The notes under the pieces are model-generated. The model was not told the origin of the DNA, did no database searches, and saw only the letters and a list, made by a program, of their open reading frames with translations. A stretch of DNA of 64,000 nucleotides. Source: an uncultured virus (IMG/VR IMGVR_UViG_3300010885_074529) (Duplodnaviria; Heunggongvirae; Uroviricota; Caudoviricetes). Positions 1 to 8,318 of the stretch are shown in pieces (the first letter of the stretch is position 1; every line of letters begins with the position of its first letter). The position numbers and the translations under genes were made by a program. The stretch is taken from the IMG/VR virus record IMGVR_UViG_3300010885_074529; one strand, 5' to 3'.

Positions 1-1
1 C

Positions 2-229
2 GGTGGCATGGGTGGTGGTGGTGGCGGTGGTGGTGGTGCTAGTGGTGGTGGAACAGGAACGCCAACTGGTGGTGGAGCTAGTGGCGGCGGCGGAACAGGA
101 ACGCCAACTGGTGGTGGCAAAGACGGCAACGGAGGCACAAGCACAAAAGATGTAGCTAAAGTGCCAAGCAGATGTTGCGGTTGGGGTTTATGGCCATATT
201 GGCGTAAAAAGAAAAAAAGAAGCTCCTGA
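2..229 (+). CDS. 3' end of a Gly-rich low-complexity protein (probably begins before the window)
   Basis: Frame is open from the window edge. GGGASGGG(G)TGTPTGGG occurs twice. C-terminus is CCGWGLWPYWRKKKKRSS. Confidence 0.55.
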   Translation, partial: GGMGGGGGGGGGASGGGTGTPTGGGASGGGGTGTPTGGGKDGNGGTSTKDVAKVPSRCCGWGLWPYWRKKKKRSS

Positions 230-230
230 A

Positions 231-614
231 TTACCTTTGAGATAACTGGTTAAATGCTGAGCCTTGCATAGATCCTACGTCTTCTAAAGCTTGTGAAAAA
301 AGATCCAACAGCACGGGTTTTGTTTTCAGTACATTTACTAGCCCATTATACTTGTTCATTTTGTTTCCAAGTTTAGTGTTGATTCTCTGTAGAAGACCCT
401 TTATGTGTTGAGCGTCTGGGGTCTCGTTATTATCGACAGGTTCTTGTGTGTTTTGTTGTGTGTTAACTTGTTGTTGCGGCATATTAGCTTGGGGCATATT
501 TATTCTTTGGCTTGTTCCTGTGGCTCCTTGTGCTGGAACACCTGTCGAAGACGGAGCAACACCAGAGTCGTAACTAGCTTCATTCATAGCTTTGCTTAAT
601 TTGTAAAAATTCAT
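231..614 (-). CDS. Hypothetical Gln-rich protein with a capsid-targeting-like N-terminus
   Basis: 127-aa ORF starting MNFYKLSKAMNEA, with an AAGGG RBS-like sequence upstream. Confidence 0.7.
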   Translation of the reverse strand: MNFYKLSKAMNEASYDSGVAPSSTGVPAQGATGTSQRINMPQANMPQQQVNTQQNTQEPVDNNETPDAQHIKGLLQRINTKLGNKMNKYNGLVNVLKTKPVLLDLFSQALEDVGSMQGSAFNQLSQR

Positions 615-661
615 TTTTCCCTTTTAATTATAAATTGAAATACACAAATATATATATCCTT

Positions 662-772
662 ATGATCGGGAAATGCGAGCTTTGTGGAATGGAATCCAAT
701 AAGATTCAAATTGCTGAATCTTCGAAACTCGTATGCCCTGATTGTGCTAGAATTCTACAGTCTGGGGCGTAA
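662..772 (+). CDS. Small zinc-finger protein, 36 aa (not in ORF track)
   Basis: Hand translation MIGKCELCG...VCPDCARILQSGA* has two CxxC pairs and fills the gap before 777. Confidence 0.55.
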   Translation: MIGKCELCGMESNKIQIAESSKLVCPDCARILQSGA

Positions 773-776
773 AATC

Positions 777-1007
777 ATGAAAAAATACAAAAAAATAATG
801 GTCGATGTGGTGAGCGATATCGTTTGCGATATATGTGATAAAAGTTGCTCTGGGCCTCAATCTGGTCTTATAGAGTACGCCGTTCTAGAAGCTTTGTGGG
901 GTTACTACAGCAAAAAAGATGGGGACAGATACGAGTGCATGATGTGCGAAGACTGTTTTGATAAAATTGTATCATTTATCGATTCCATCAAAAAACCTTC
1001 AGTTTGA
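777..1007 (+). CDS. Small zinc-binding phage protein
   Basis: CDIC...CEDC pairs; ATG at 777 directly follows the upstream stop. Confidence 0.65.
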   Translation: MKKYKKIMVDVVSDIVCDICDKSCSGPQSGLIEYAVLEALWGYYSKKDGDRYECMMCEDCFDKIVSFIDSIKKPSV

Positions 1008-1020
1008 GCATTCATATGAT

Positions 1021-1149
1021 ATGAACTTTAAAGTGTTTTTTGAAAATAATCAAATAGTAACTTTGTATCGTGGAGACCCCGCTAAATACAAAACACACTC
1101 TATTTCCAAGGGTGATATTGGAGCTTTAGCGAAATACAGGAAAGATTAG
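1021..1149 (+). pseudogene. Possible truncated ADP-ribosyltransferase-like gene with a capsid-targeting-like leader
   Basis: MNFKVFFEN leader, then TLYRGD (resembles the first ART motif), then a stop after 42 aa. Confidence 0.3.
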
Positions 1150-1270
1150 TTGTTTAGCTCCAACACGCAATTAAATTTTCCCAAAAATAAATTTATTAAT
1201 ACATCATAAATAATTTGCAACTAGTTGATAAATAATTTACTGTTACTTGGAAATGATAATTGGAGAAAAA

Positions 1271-1879
1271 ATGAAAGAAAAAAGTGAAGGGCTCACAGCC
1301 GCCCAAAAGAAGTTACCATCAGCACTTCAAGCAGCCATCCTTAAGAAAAAAGGTGGCAAAAAACATATAGATACCGATGATGAAGGCTTGGACCATCCAA
1401 ATAAGAAAGAAAAAAGTGAAGGGCTCACTGCCGCCCAAAAGAAGTTACCACCAGCACTTCAAGCAGCCATCCTTAAGAAAAAAGGTGGCAAAAAACATAT
1501 GGATGCCGATGAAGGCTTAGACCATCCCAAGAAAGCTGATCTTAATAAGGACGGCAAACTGTCAAGCTATGAGAAGAAGCGTGCAAAAGCTATTGAAGAC
1601 TCAATGAGAGATAAGAAAGAAAGCCATTGGGCCGGAAGTTCGCTCTCGACATTTAACGAATGGCTAAAGTGGAGAAATAACATTAACGAAGCAAGAGAAG
1701 AAGGGGAAGAATTCGAGGACGAGATGTCCCCCGGCGGTCGATCCGCTTCCGCAGCCGTTTTTGCAAAATTACAACAAGAGGTTGCCCAGCTCAAGGAGCG
1801 GGTCAAGGAGCTTGAACGGCTCCTTGCAGAGAGCAAAGAGCGGGAAGAGAACTGGAGCAGCGGCCACTGGTATCGTTAA
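1271..1879 (+). CDS. Lys-rich hypothetical protein with a 44-aa internal duplication
   Basis: GGAG RBS before ATG 1271. Duplicated KEKSEGLTAAQKKLP block. EF-hand-like DLNKDGKLSSYE. C-terminal coiled coil. Confidence 0.75.
   Translation: MKEKSEGLTAAQKKLPSALQAAILKKKGGKKHIDTDDEGLDHPNKKEKSEGLTAAQKKLPPALQAAILKKKGGKKHMDADEGLDHPKKADLNKDGKLSSYEKKRAKAIEDSMRDKKESHWAGSSLSTFNEWLKWRNNINEAREEGEEFEDEMSPGGRSASAAVFAKLQQEVAQLKERVKELERLLAESKEREENWSSGHWYR
1274..1527 (+). repeat. Near-identical in-frame tandem duplication with a 132-bp period
   Basis: aaagaaaaaagtgaagggctcac...gaccatcc starts at both 1274 and 1406. Confidence 0.9.
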
Positions 1880-1895
1880 TACAAGCCCTTGGGAA

Positions 1896-2030
1896 CTATT
1901 TCCACCATTTGTTTATTGCTTGATTTAAAGCAACATACAAACCCGGTATAAACAGTAAAATATCTGCAATATCGAAATGGAAATGAGAGCAAGGACAAAG
2001 ACCGAGTAAGTGAAGAATGTAATTAAACAT
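1896..2030 (-). CDS. Small hydrophobic protein, 44 aa (not in ORF track)
   Basis: Hand translation MFNYILHLLGLCPCSHFHFDIADILLFIPGLYVALNQAINKWWK* fills the intergenic gap. Confidence 0.45.
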   Translation of the reverse strand: MFNYILHLLGLCPCSHFHFDIADILLFIPGLYVALNQAINKWWK

Positions 2031-2086
2031 TTTATTTTAAATGTGGAGGTTAGTTTTTCCAATTATACTTACGTGACCATCTTTTG

Positions 2087-2290
2087 TCAAGATCCAGAAT
2101 AAGGTTCCAAAGAAACTGTTTCATCCTCTAAAGATTTCACTTTTGATTGGTATTTCTCTAATTGTAGAATTGCATCATAGCAATCTTTGCATGCACAAGA
2201 AGACAAATACTCCTTTAATTCATGTATTTTTTCTTTTGATTCCAATATTTCTTTTTTTCTTTCGTTTAAATCCATATGTATCCTTTTCAT
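2087..2290 (-). CDS. Small coiled-coil protein with CxCxxC
   Basis: Heptad-like pattern and CACKDC; ATG at 2290. Confidence 0.5.
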   Translation of the reverse strand: MKRIHMDLNERKKEILESKEKIHELKEYLSSCACKDCYDAILQLEKYQSKVKSLEDETVSLEPYSGS

Positions 2291-2318
2291 ATTTTTCAAG
2301 AATAATTATACATATATT

Positions 2319-3059
2319 ATGCATTTAACAGCATTCTTTATTTTTTCGCTATTTTTAACCTCAAGCTTGAGTGGCGGTACAATACTAGAAACTGTTTCTG
2401 ATGACAAGTATGTTGAGAATGGCAAAAAATACGATTGCGTTGTAAAAATTTGCTGTAAAATTAAAGAAGAATCAAAGTATGTCGATGCTTGCGGATCAGG
2501 AGTGATCATCGACCCTCATTGGATATTGACCGCTGCTCATATCGTGGATGGAGCAAAAGACATTCACGCTTTTTTAAATGAAAAAAAAATTACAATAAAT
2601 AAGATTTATGTTAATCCCGATTTTGAATTCAATTTAGGACATCACGATATAGCTTTGTGTTATTCAAAAGAGGAAATAAAAATACCGCTGTATCCTAAGC
2701 TTTATGAAAATCAAGACGAGTTAGATAAAATTTGTGTAATAGCAGGATACGGAATGACAGGGACTGCACTTACTGGTGCTTCTGTTTTTGATGGAAAAAA
2801 AAGAGCAGGAAGCAACAAAATAGAATATACTTCTAAAGAAGTACTTTTTTGTACAATGAGCAAAAACAATCATACAGAACTAGAGTTTTGCGCAGCAAAC
2901 GGAGATAGCGGTGGAGGTTTATTTATAGACAATAAACTCGCAGGAATAAACTCTATGGTTTTAGCAGTAGACAAAAAAACAAACTCAGATTATGGCGACG
3001 AGTGTACACACACTAGAATAAGCAGTTATAAAATCTGGATAGATTCTCTAATCAAATAA
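2319..3059 (+). CDS. Trypsin-like (S1) serine protease with a signal peptide
   Basis: Intact triad motifs LTAAH, HDIAL and GDSGG; hydrophobic N-terminus from ATG 2319. Confidence 0.9.
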   Translation: MHLTAFFIFSLFLTSSLSGGTILETVSDDKYVENGKKYDCVVKICCKIKEESKYVDACGSGVIIDPHWILTAAHIVDGAKDIHAFLNEKKITINKIYVNPDFEFNLGHHDIALCYSKEEIKIPLYPKLYENQDELDKICVIAGYGMTGTALTGASVFDGKKRAGSNKIEYTSKEVLFCTMSKNNHTELEFCAANGDSGGGLFIDNKLAGINSMVLAVDKKTNSDYGDECTHTRISSYKIWIDSLIK

Positions 3060-3522
3060 CTTCCCATGGAAATGAAATCCAATTTTTATCTTTTTTCCTA
3101 TCTATTTTTCTTGCATAAAAATCAGGTATAAATTTTTGCCTTGTATTGTAAATGAGACAACAAGTTTTTATATTTGTGAATCCATTACCGTTCATTAGCT
3201 GTTCGACACTTCTTTCAAAAGTGTCTCCGCTGTCACATATGTCATCTACCAATAAAATCTTACTGTGCAAGTTCGCAGCCATAGGTTCACTAAGATATAT
3301 CCCTGAGTCTGGGCCGAGGATGTCTGCCGCACCATCTCTTAGTTGGCAATTCATTATATACATAGGAGCGTTTATATTGTGGCTCAAAACAACCGCTGGA
3401 ACTAACCCTCCTCTTTTTATTCCTACAATATAATGAGGCATCCAGTTAGTTTTATATACTTGTGATATTATAGATAGAGTATCTATTTTTAAATCTTCCC
3501 AAGAATAATAAGTCTTGTTCAT
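3052..3522 (-). CDS. Type I phosphoribosyltransferase (xanthine/guanine PRT-like)
   Basis: IVGIKRGGLVPA, PRPP loop ILLVDDICDSGDT, C-terminal WISFPWE. Confidence 0.9.
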   Translation of the reverse strand: MNKTYYSWEDLKIDTLSIISQVYKTNWMPHYIVGIKRGGLVPAVVLSHNINAPMYIMNCQLRDGAADILGPDSGIYLSEPMAANLHSKILLVDDICDSGDTFERSVEQLMNGNGFTNIKTCCLIYNTRQKFIPDFYARKIDRKKDKNWISFPWEVI

Positions 3523-3869
3523 TCGACTATCCATTGTGGTGTAGGTTTTTTTGTTTCTTTGATTTTTTTGCATTTCTTACAAGATTCGACAATACTCTCC
3601 ACAGATTTTTTAGCTTGATTTAAATTATCAGAACTTCCCTGATGAAAAAGGTCTTTCGCAGAGTGTATGTTTTCGCAAGAATATGACAAAGATATTTCTT
3701 CTCTTATACAACCATCTGAGTCGTATGTTTGTTTAGTTGTTTTTGGAGCACAAAAACAACTAAAACATAATTTTGGATAAACATTGCCATCAATGAAAGG
3801 GTGTAATTTATGAGCAACTGTATAAACATCTGCTTTTTGTTCACAAAGCGAACAATAACTTTTTTTCAT
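3519..3869 (-). CDS. Hypothetical Cys-rich (possibly Zn-binding) protein
   Basis: CSLC, CFSC and CKKC; ATGA overlaps with neighbours. Confidence 0.65.
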   Translation of the reverse strand: MKKSYCSLCEQKADVYTVAHKLHPFIDGNVYPKLCFSCFCAPKTTKQTYDSDGCIREEISLSYSCENIHSAKDLFHQGSSDNLNQAKKSVESIVESCKKCKKIKETKKPTPQWIVE

Positions 3870-4693
3870 GATTTTCGAAAAGCCCGTGCGATTCCTTTTT
3901 TGTCCTGTATGTGGTAATTAGTCTCGCCGTATTCTACTCCAATTTTGCACTTGTTGAAATAGATGCTGTCAAACAGGTAATCTTTTGGTTCTACCAGATG
4001 AATATCTACATTGCGAAATTTAGGATCATTTTCATCTCGTATGCATGAAAATATGTCTCTAATCATAATCTCGTAAAGACTTATGTCCAAAGCTCTAAAG
4101 GCCATTCCGAGAGGCTTCAAAAATCCAGTTGGTTTTTTCCAGGGCTCAATGAATGATGGCCTTCCCATTATCACATAAATATCATTACAACCAGCTTCGA
4201 TACATTGCTCTAAAGGAGCTAGCTGTCTACTTCCTGCGTCCACCCATCCATCTTTATCTTCCACTAGAGCAGTTATTGCAACGCTTCCTAGAACCGCCTC
4301 TTCAAATTCTGATATTGAGCAAGATGTGTTCGTTACATACTGAAGTTCACCTGTCTCGATGTTCATTCGACATACAGTTGTATCGCATATTGGCGTATTT
4401 CTAAGAGCCCGTTCTACAATTTTCTGCATTGGCTTTTGATTGAACAAGCCGGTTTTAAATAAGAAGTTCAAATTGAATTTAAAAACACTATTGATGCTTT
4501 TTATATCATACCACATATCTGCTAGGCCTTGTGGTCCAAGATAAGCATAAGAGGCGGCACAAATAGAGCCAGAAGAAATGCCTATTGTGTAGTCGGCTTT
4601 TATTCCATTTTTATAAAGACCAAGAGCTATACCAGCTTGTATAGAACCTCTTGCTCCTTCTCCTGTAAAGCAGAATCCTATTTTTTTATCCAT
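3866..4693 (-). CDS. Patatin-like phospholipase
   Basis: Oxyanion GEGARG, nucleophile GISSG, catalytic DAG. Confidence 0.88.
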   Translation of the reverse strand: MDKKIGFCFTGEGARGSIQAGIALGLYKNGIKADYTIGISSGSICAASYAYLGPQGLADMWYDIKSINSVFKFNLNFLFKTGLFNQKPMQKIVERALRNTPICDTTVCRMNIETGELQYVTNTSCSISEFEEAVLGSVAITALVEDKDGWVDAGSRQLAPLEQCIEAGCNDIYVIMGRPSFIEPWKKPTGFLKPLGMAFRALDISLYEIMIRDIFSCIRDENDPKFRNVDIHLVEPKDYLFDSIYFNKCKIGVEYGETNYHIQDKKGIARAFRKS

Positions 4694-5558
4694 TGTTTTT
4701 CTTTCTATTTTCTAAACTTTGTGAAGCTAATTCAGAAATAAACTTTATATTTGGTGTGTAATATATGTTAGACAAGTTTTCGATTGGGTCGCCAAAAGAA
4801 AAATATGATGGTGGAGGATATGAAAACATAGATTTGTGAAATTGAGGCAGCATTCCTTGCTTATAGCTTATGAAAGGAAATTGAGAAGGAGATGTTGCTT
4901 GTGAAACTAAATCATAAGTTCCACGTGCGTTTATTTTCGACAAATTATCTGCGAGATTTAAAGCCAAAGAAAGTTTGACAGTATTGCTCCATATTTTATT
5001 TACTTGTAAAAGCTGATGCAAGGCCAATTTCTCAGCATCTTTTGTGACTTTATAGAAAAAATGTTTAGGGAAATTGTTTAAAGCGTAGCACATCCCAATT
5101 GGAAACCAATCTTTTTTTATTTTTTCTCTATCTTTTCCGAACCATTCACAAAAGTTTCCTACATTTTTTTCTGCATTTTCCAAAGTAAAAAAAGGATCAA
5201 CATCAAACAAGAAATCTGCCGTGTCTTTGAAGTCCATCTTTATTTCGTGGTTCAGAACCATATCTGGTTCTATTACTACGAATGGTTGGGATATCAGATC
5301 TTTTTCTATAGCAGCGTGCAAAGAATACGGAAGATTTAGTGGAGAAAAACCTTTTTCTTCTCCAATATTTTTTACAAAAATGATTCTTTTGTGCGAAGAG
5401 ATGTTTGTATAAAAATCTTTATTTATTTTTACACGTTCATTTGTTGATATTGCTATAAAAAGTTTATCTTCTATTTCATTTTTCTTAAAACTTTCTATCA
5501 GCAACTCTAACTGCCATTGATAGTATGGCGTGTTTTCAACATTTACAAAATAATCCAT
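4686..5558 (-). CDS. Glycosyltransferase-like protein resembling GT95 (HPAT) / GT96 (SERGT) protein O-glycosyltransferases
   Basis: VENTPYYQWQLELLIESF, PLNLPYSL and VVIEPDMV parallel the Y..WQ, N(R/K)P and EPD/DAD motifs of these families as recalled. Confidence 0.55.
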   Translation of the reverse strand: MDYFVNVENTPYYQWQLELLIESFKKNEIEDKLFIAISTNERVKINKDFYTNISSHKRIIFVKNIGEEKGFSPLNLPYSLHAAIEKDLISQPFVVIEPDMVLNHEIKMDFKDTADFLFDVDPFFTLENAEKNVGNFCEWFGKDREKIKKDWFPIGMCYALNNFPKHFFYKVTKDAEKLALHQLLQVNKIWSNTVKLSLALNLADNLSKINARGTYDLVSQATSPSQFPFISYKQGMLPQFHKSMFSYPPPSYFSFGDPIENLSNIYYTPNIKFISELASQSLENRKKNNG

Positions 5559-5589
5559 AGTTCTCCTTAGAAATATAAGAGTAAAACTA

Positions 5590-5961
5590 TTAGATTCTTC
5601 CTTTAAAGCATTTGTTGCTATTTTCTATTTTTTTATCGTAAAAATGTTCGTCAAACATCATGTAGACCTCACTATAAGCTACGCCCCAAGATGCGTCGTG
5701 TGATCTTTTTTCAAAATCTTCATATGACAAATTATCATGAAGATGATTCCAAGCTCTAGCGTGTGCCCACTCATGCAACAATGTATCTATAGCAGTAGAC
5801 TCGGACAGATTTGTACTTATTCTTATTTCAAATTTTTTTCCATCCAATGAACAGTATCCATCTATTTTTTTCATTGGGATTCTTTTGACACTAACTGGAT
5901 AGGCTAATGGACATTTTTTCTTAAGAATACCCACAAGCCTTCTATAAGATTTGTAATTCAT
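5590..5961 (-). CDS. SprT-like zinc metallopeptidase
   Basis: TLLHEWAHA plus downstream SHDASWG. Confidence 0.7.
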   Translation of the reverse strand: MNYKSYRRLVGILKKKCPLAYPVSVKRIPMKKIDGYCSLDGKKFEIRISTNLSESTAIDTLLHEWAHARAWNHLHDNLSYEDFEKRSHDASWGVAYSEVYMMFDEHFYDKKIENSNKCFKGRI

Positions 5962-6050
5962 TAGTCTCCTTTTTGTCAATACTCTACATTAGTATATATT
6001 CTAGGAGACGCCTTTATATGTGGGCAAATGTATTTCGGTGATAATTCAGA

Positions 6051-7370
6051 TTAATCGTCGAGAAAAGCGTTTAATTCGTCTTTATTTGACCCAGCCATTT
6101 TCATCCAATCTTTAATTTTTGATTTTGTAAGACCGGTATGAGCGTTTTTCATCTCATAAAATTGATTATGGTCGAAATTGTTCCTTTTTCCCCAATTATA
6201 GATTTTTACCAAATAGGAAATATCGTTTGCTTCTTGGTTTGACCAACCGTTTGAGCTCAAAAACTCTCTTATTAGGCTTGGATCATTGTTTTTTAGCAAC
6301 CAAGCTGTGCTGGTCCATCTATCTCCTCTGAAATCTTCTGGTAGTTCTTGTGAATCAATCTCTATTTCGGGGAAAAGCACGCCTAGCAAGTTTGTTGAAT
6401 GGGCCATTTTGATAAATTTTCTTGGGTCTGTATCTGGGTGTTCTAGCCCACCAATAAACTGTTTCTTCACCATATCTCTTGGCAATGTGGATACACCACC
6501 CATATAACTCTTTAATAAGTTGGCATAATCGCTTGGAAGCTTATCTGGATCTCCGTATCTTGCGTTGATTTTTAGCAATCTTAAAGCTGTAGCTGGGTCT
6601 TCCTTAAGCCTATCTTCTAGTTTATCTCCAACTACTTTTATTTGATTATTTTTAAGATGTGTGGCTCCGCCATATGGATCTATAAGGTCGTTATTTTCGC
6701 CATCAGGAGTTGTTAAAGGGATATATAACGAGTTAATTGTAAGATCTCTGTTTGCAGAGTCATCCTCTATTGAGGATGCCGCTTCGCCTTTCTCAGGTTC
6801 TACATATCTGCTTTTAGTGCTTTTTGAAAGTGGAGCTATATTGAACTCTTCTCCTTTGATATTCAATGTTACTTCTAGTTCTTTTCCTTGTTTGTCCCAT
6901 TTAGAAACATAAAAAATCTTTTCGCCTTTAGCGGTATCAGGAAGTTCTTGATATTTCTTATCATCTTTGTGTTTTTCGCTGACAGGCTTTACTTGGGTAA
7001 AATTTTCTTCTGATTGCGACAATATCATTTTTATTTCGCTTATTGTAGCATCTGTTACTAAATCATAATTATCGGGAGTCTTTCCTTTCAAATGATCTCT
7101 AACAGCTCCTCCTGTCAAGTATAACGTCTTCTTTTTAAGCTGTGGCTCGATTTCCCCTTTTGATTTGTCTATTGTCGTATAGCCCAAACCAACCTGATTA
7201 GAAGACTGAAAAGCTTTTATAATTGGACGTAGATTAGCATGAGAGTTTTTATTTACAGAGAATGGTCCAAACTCCTTAGATCCTACATCTTTTTGCAATT
7301 TGATTTTAGATGTTACAAAACTAGGCTCTTTGGTTGCTTCTTTAATTTTAAAGTACTTTGAAAATTTCAT
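6051..7370 (-). CDS. Class II CCA-adding/poly(A) polymerase-family nucleotidyltransferase-like protein with degenerate motifs
   Basis: LYLTGGAVRDHLKG, NRDLTINSL, IDPYGG and EDPATALRLLK. Confidence 0.85.
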   Translation of the reverse strand: MKFSKYFKIKEATKEPSFVTSKIKLQKDVGSKEFGPFSVNKNSHANLRPIIKAFQSSNQVGLGYTTIDKSKGEIEPQLKKKTLYLTGGAVRDHLKGKTPDNYDLVTDATISEIKMILSQSEENFTQVKPVSEKHKDDKKYQELPDTAKGEKIFYVSKWDKQGKELEVTLNIKGEEFNIAPLSKSTKSRYVEPEKGEAASSIEDDSANRDLTINSLYIPLTTPDGENNDLIDPYGGATHLKNNQIKVVGDKLEDRLKEDPATALRLLKINARYGDPDKLPSDYANLLKSYMGGVSTLPRDMVKKQFIGGLEHPDTDPRKFIKMAHSTNLLGVLFPEIEIDSQELPEDFRGDRWTSTAWLLKNNDPSLIREFLSSNGWSNQEANDISYLVKIYNWGKRNNFDHNQFYEMKNAHTGLTKSKIKDWMKMAGSNKDELNAFLDD

Positions 7371-7416
7371 TTTACCCCTTCTTTTGCTTAGATTATATAT
7401 CTATTGTGAACAATAT

Positions 7417-7722
7417 TTAAATTGAGGGAGATTGCAGCCCTAATACATACAGAATATAAGACGCTATTACCATTAGAGTTAGTTTCCAAATAGTGTCTAA
7501 AGTATTAAACCACCTTGCATCATGATCGCTCAATCTAATAGTAGTATTTTCTATTTTAAGCTCTATTGCTCGAACTCTTTCTTCTATATTTTTTAGATTG
7601 TTCTCTAAAGACTCCTGATCTTTGAATAATGTCTTTATACGTTCGTCATTTCTGGAAACCATGTCTGACACTACATTAATCTGTTCAGCTATTTGTATAA
7701 TATTTGGCATTTGTTTTGACAT
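7417..7722 (-). CDS. Coiled-coil protein with a C-terminal membrane anchor (XhlA-like architecture)
   Basis: Heptads followed by LTLMVIASYILYVLGL. Confidence 0.65.
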   Translation of the reverse strand: MSKQMPNIIQIAEQINVVSDMVSRNDERIKTLFKDQESLENNLKNIEERVRAIELKIENTTIRLSDHDARWFNTLDTIWKLTLMVIASYILYVLGLQSPSI

Positions 7723-7755
7723 ATTTTTCCAATTCTACAATCTATATATTAAGCT

Positions 7756-8316
7756 ATGACAAAACCAAAAACAGAAGAAATTAAAGAAATTGAAGGAACA
7801 ATTGTATCAGATACAGAAATTGTATTTTCTAATGCTGCTCGCCATGAGGCCAATTTAAGCGAAATAGATCCAGACGACATAGGAGACCTTGTTCCTAAAA
7901 TGAATGTTTCAATCTCAGCAGCACCAGAGCCGCCAAGAGATGTTACCATGCTTATTCCCGACGAAGAATATCTCGGCATACTTAGCGATATACTTTCCAA
8001 TATAAAAGAAGATAGAAAACAAGTTAGTGATTATATAGATAATTTTGCAGAAATGGTAATAAACGATGGAGACGCTACCACATCTACAAAAGAAGCTCTT
8101 GTTAATTTAGTTAAAATAAAAACAGATTTACAAGATAAAATGTTAAAAGCAGCAGATCTAATGACAAGACTTAAAATCAAAAATACATATGCTCATTCTG
8201 GGCCGCACCTTAATGCTCTACAACAAAATAATTTCAATGTTGGATCGGATACAGACTTTAGCAGAAAAGAACTAATAAAAGCAATAAATCAAGCTAAGAA
8301 AAAGAAAAAGGAATAG
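7756..8316 (+). CDS. Hypothetical helical protein
   Basis: 186-aa ORF, first gene of a co-oriented run. Confidence 0.7.
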   Translation: MTKPKTEEIKEIEGTIVSDTEIVFSNAARHEANLSEIDPDDIGDLVPKMNVSISAAPEPPRDVTMLIPDEEYLGILSDILSNIKEDRKQVSDYIDNFAEMVINDGDATTSTKEALVNLVKIKTDLQDKMLKAADLMTRLKIKNTYAHSGPHLNALQQNNFNVGSDTDFSRKELIKAINQAKKKKKE

Positions 8317-8318
8317 AA

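Noticed and set aside
684..776. Upstream extensions given by the ORF track (also 2187, 11626, 31254, 46081, 63224)
   Set aside because: They overlap neighbouring genes; downstream ATGs fit RBS, signal peptide or leader evidence better.
3866..7370. CBASS-like system (nucleotidyltransferase plus patatin effector)
   Set aside because: The nucleotidyltransferase has class II CCA/poly(A) polymerase motifs (GGAVRD, RD.TIN), not CD-NTase motifs, and two genes separate it from the patatin.
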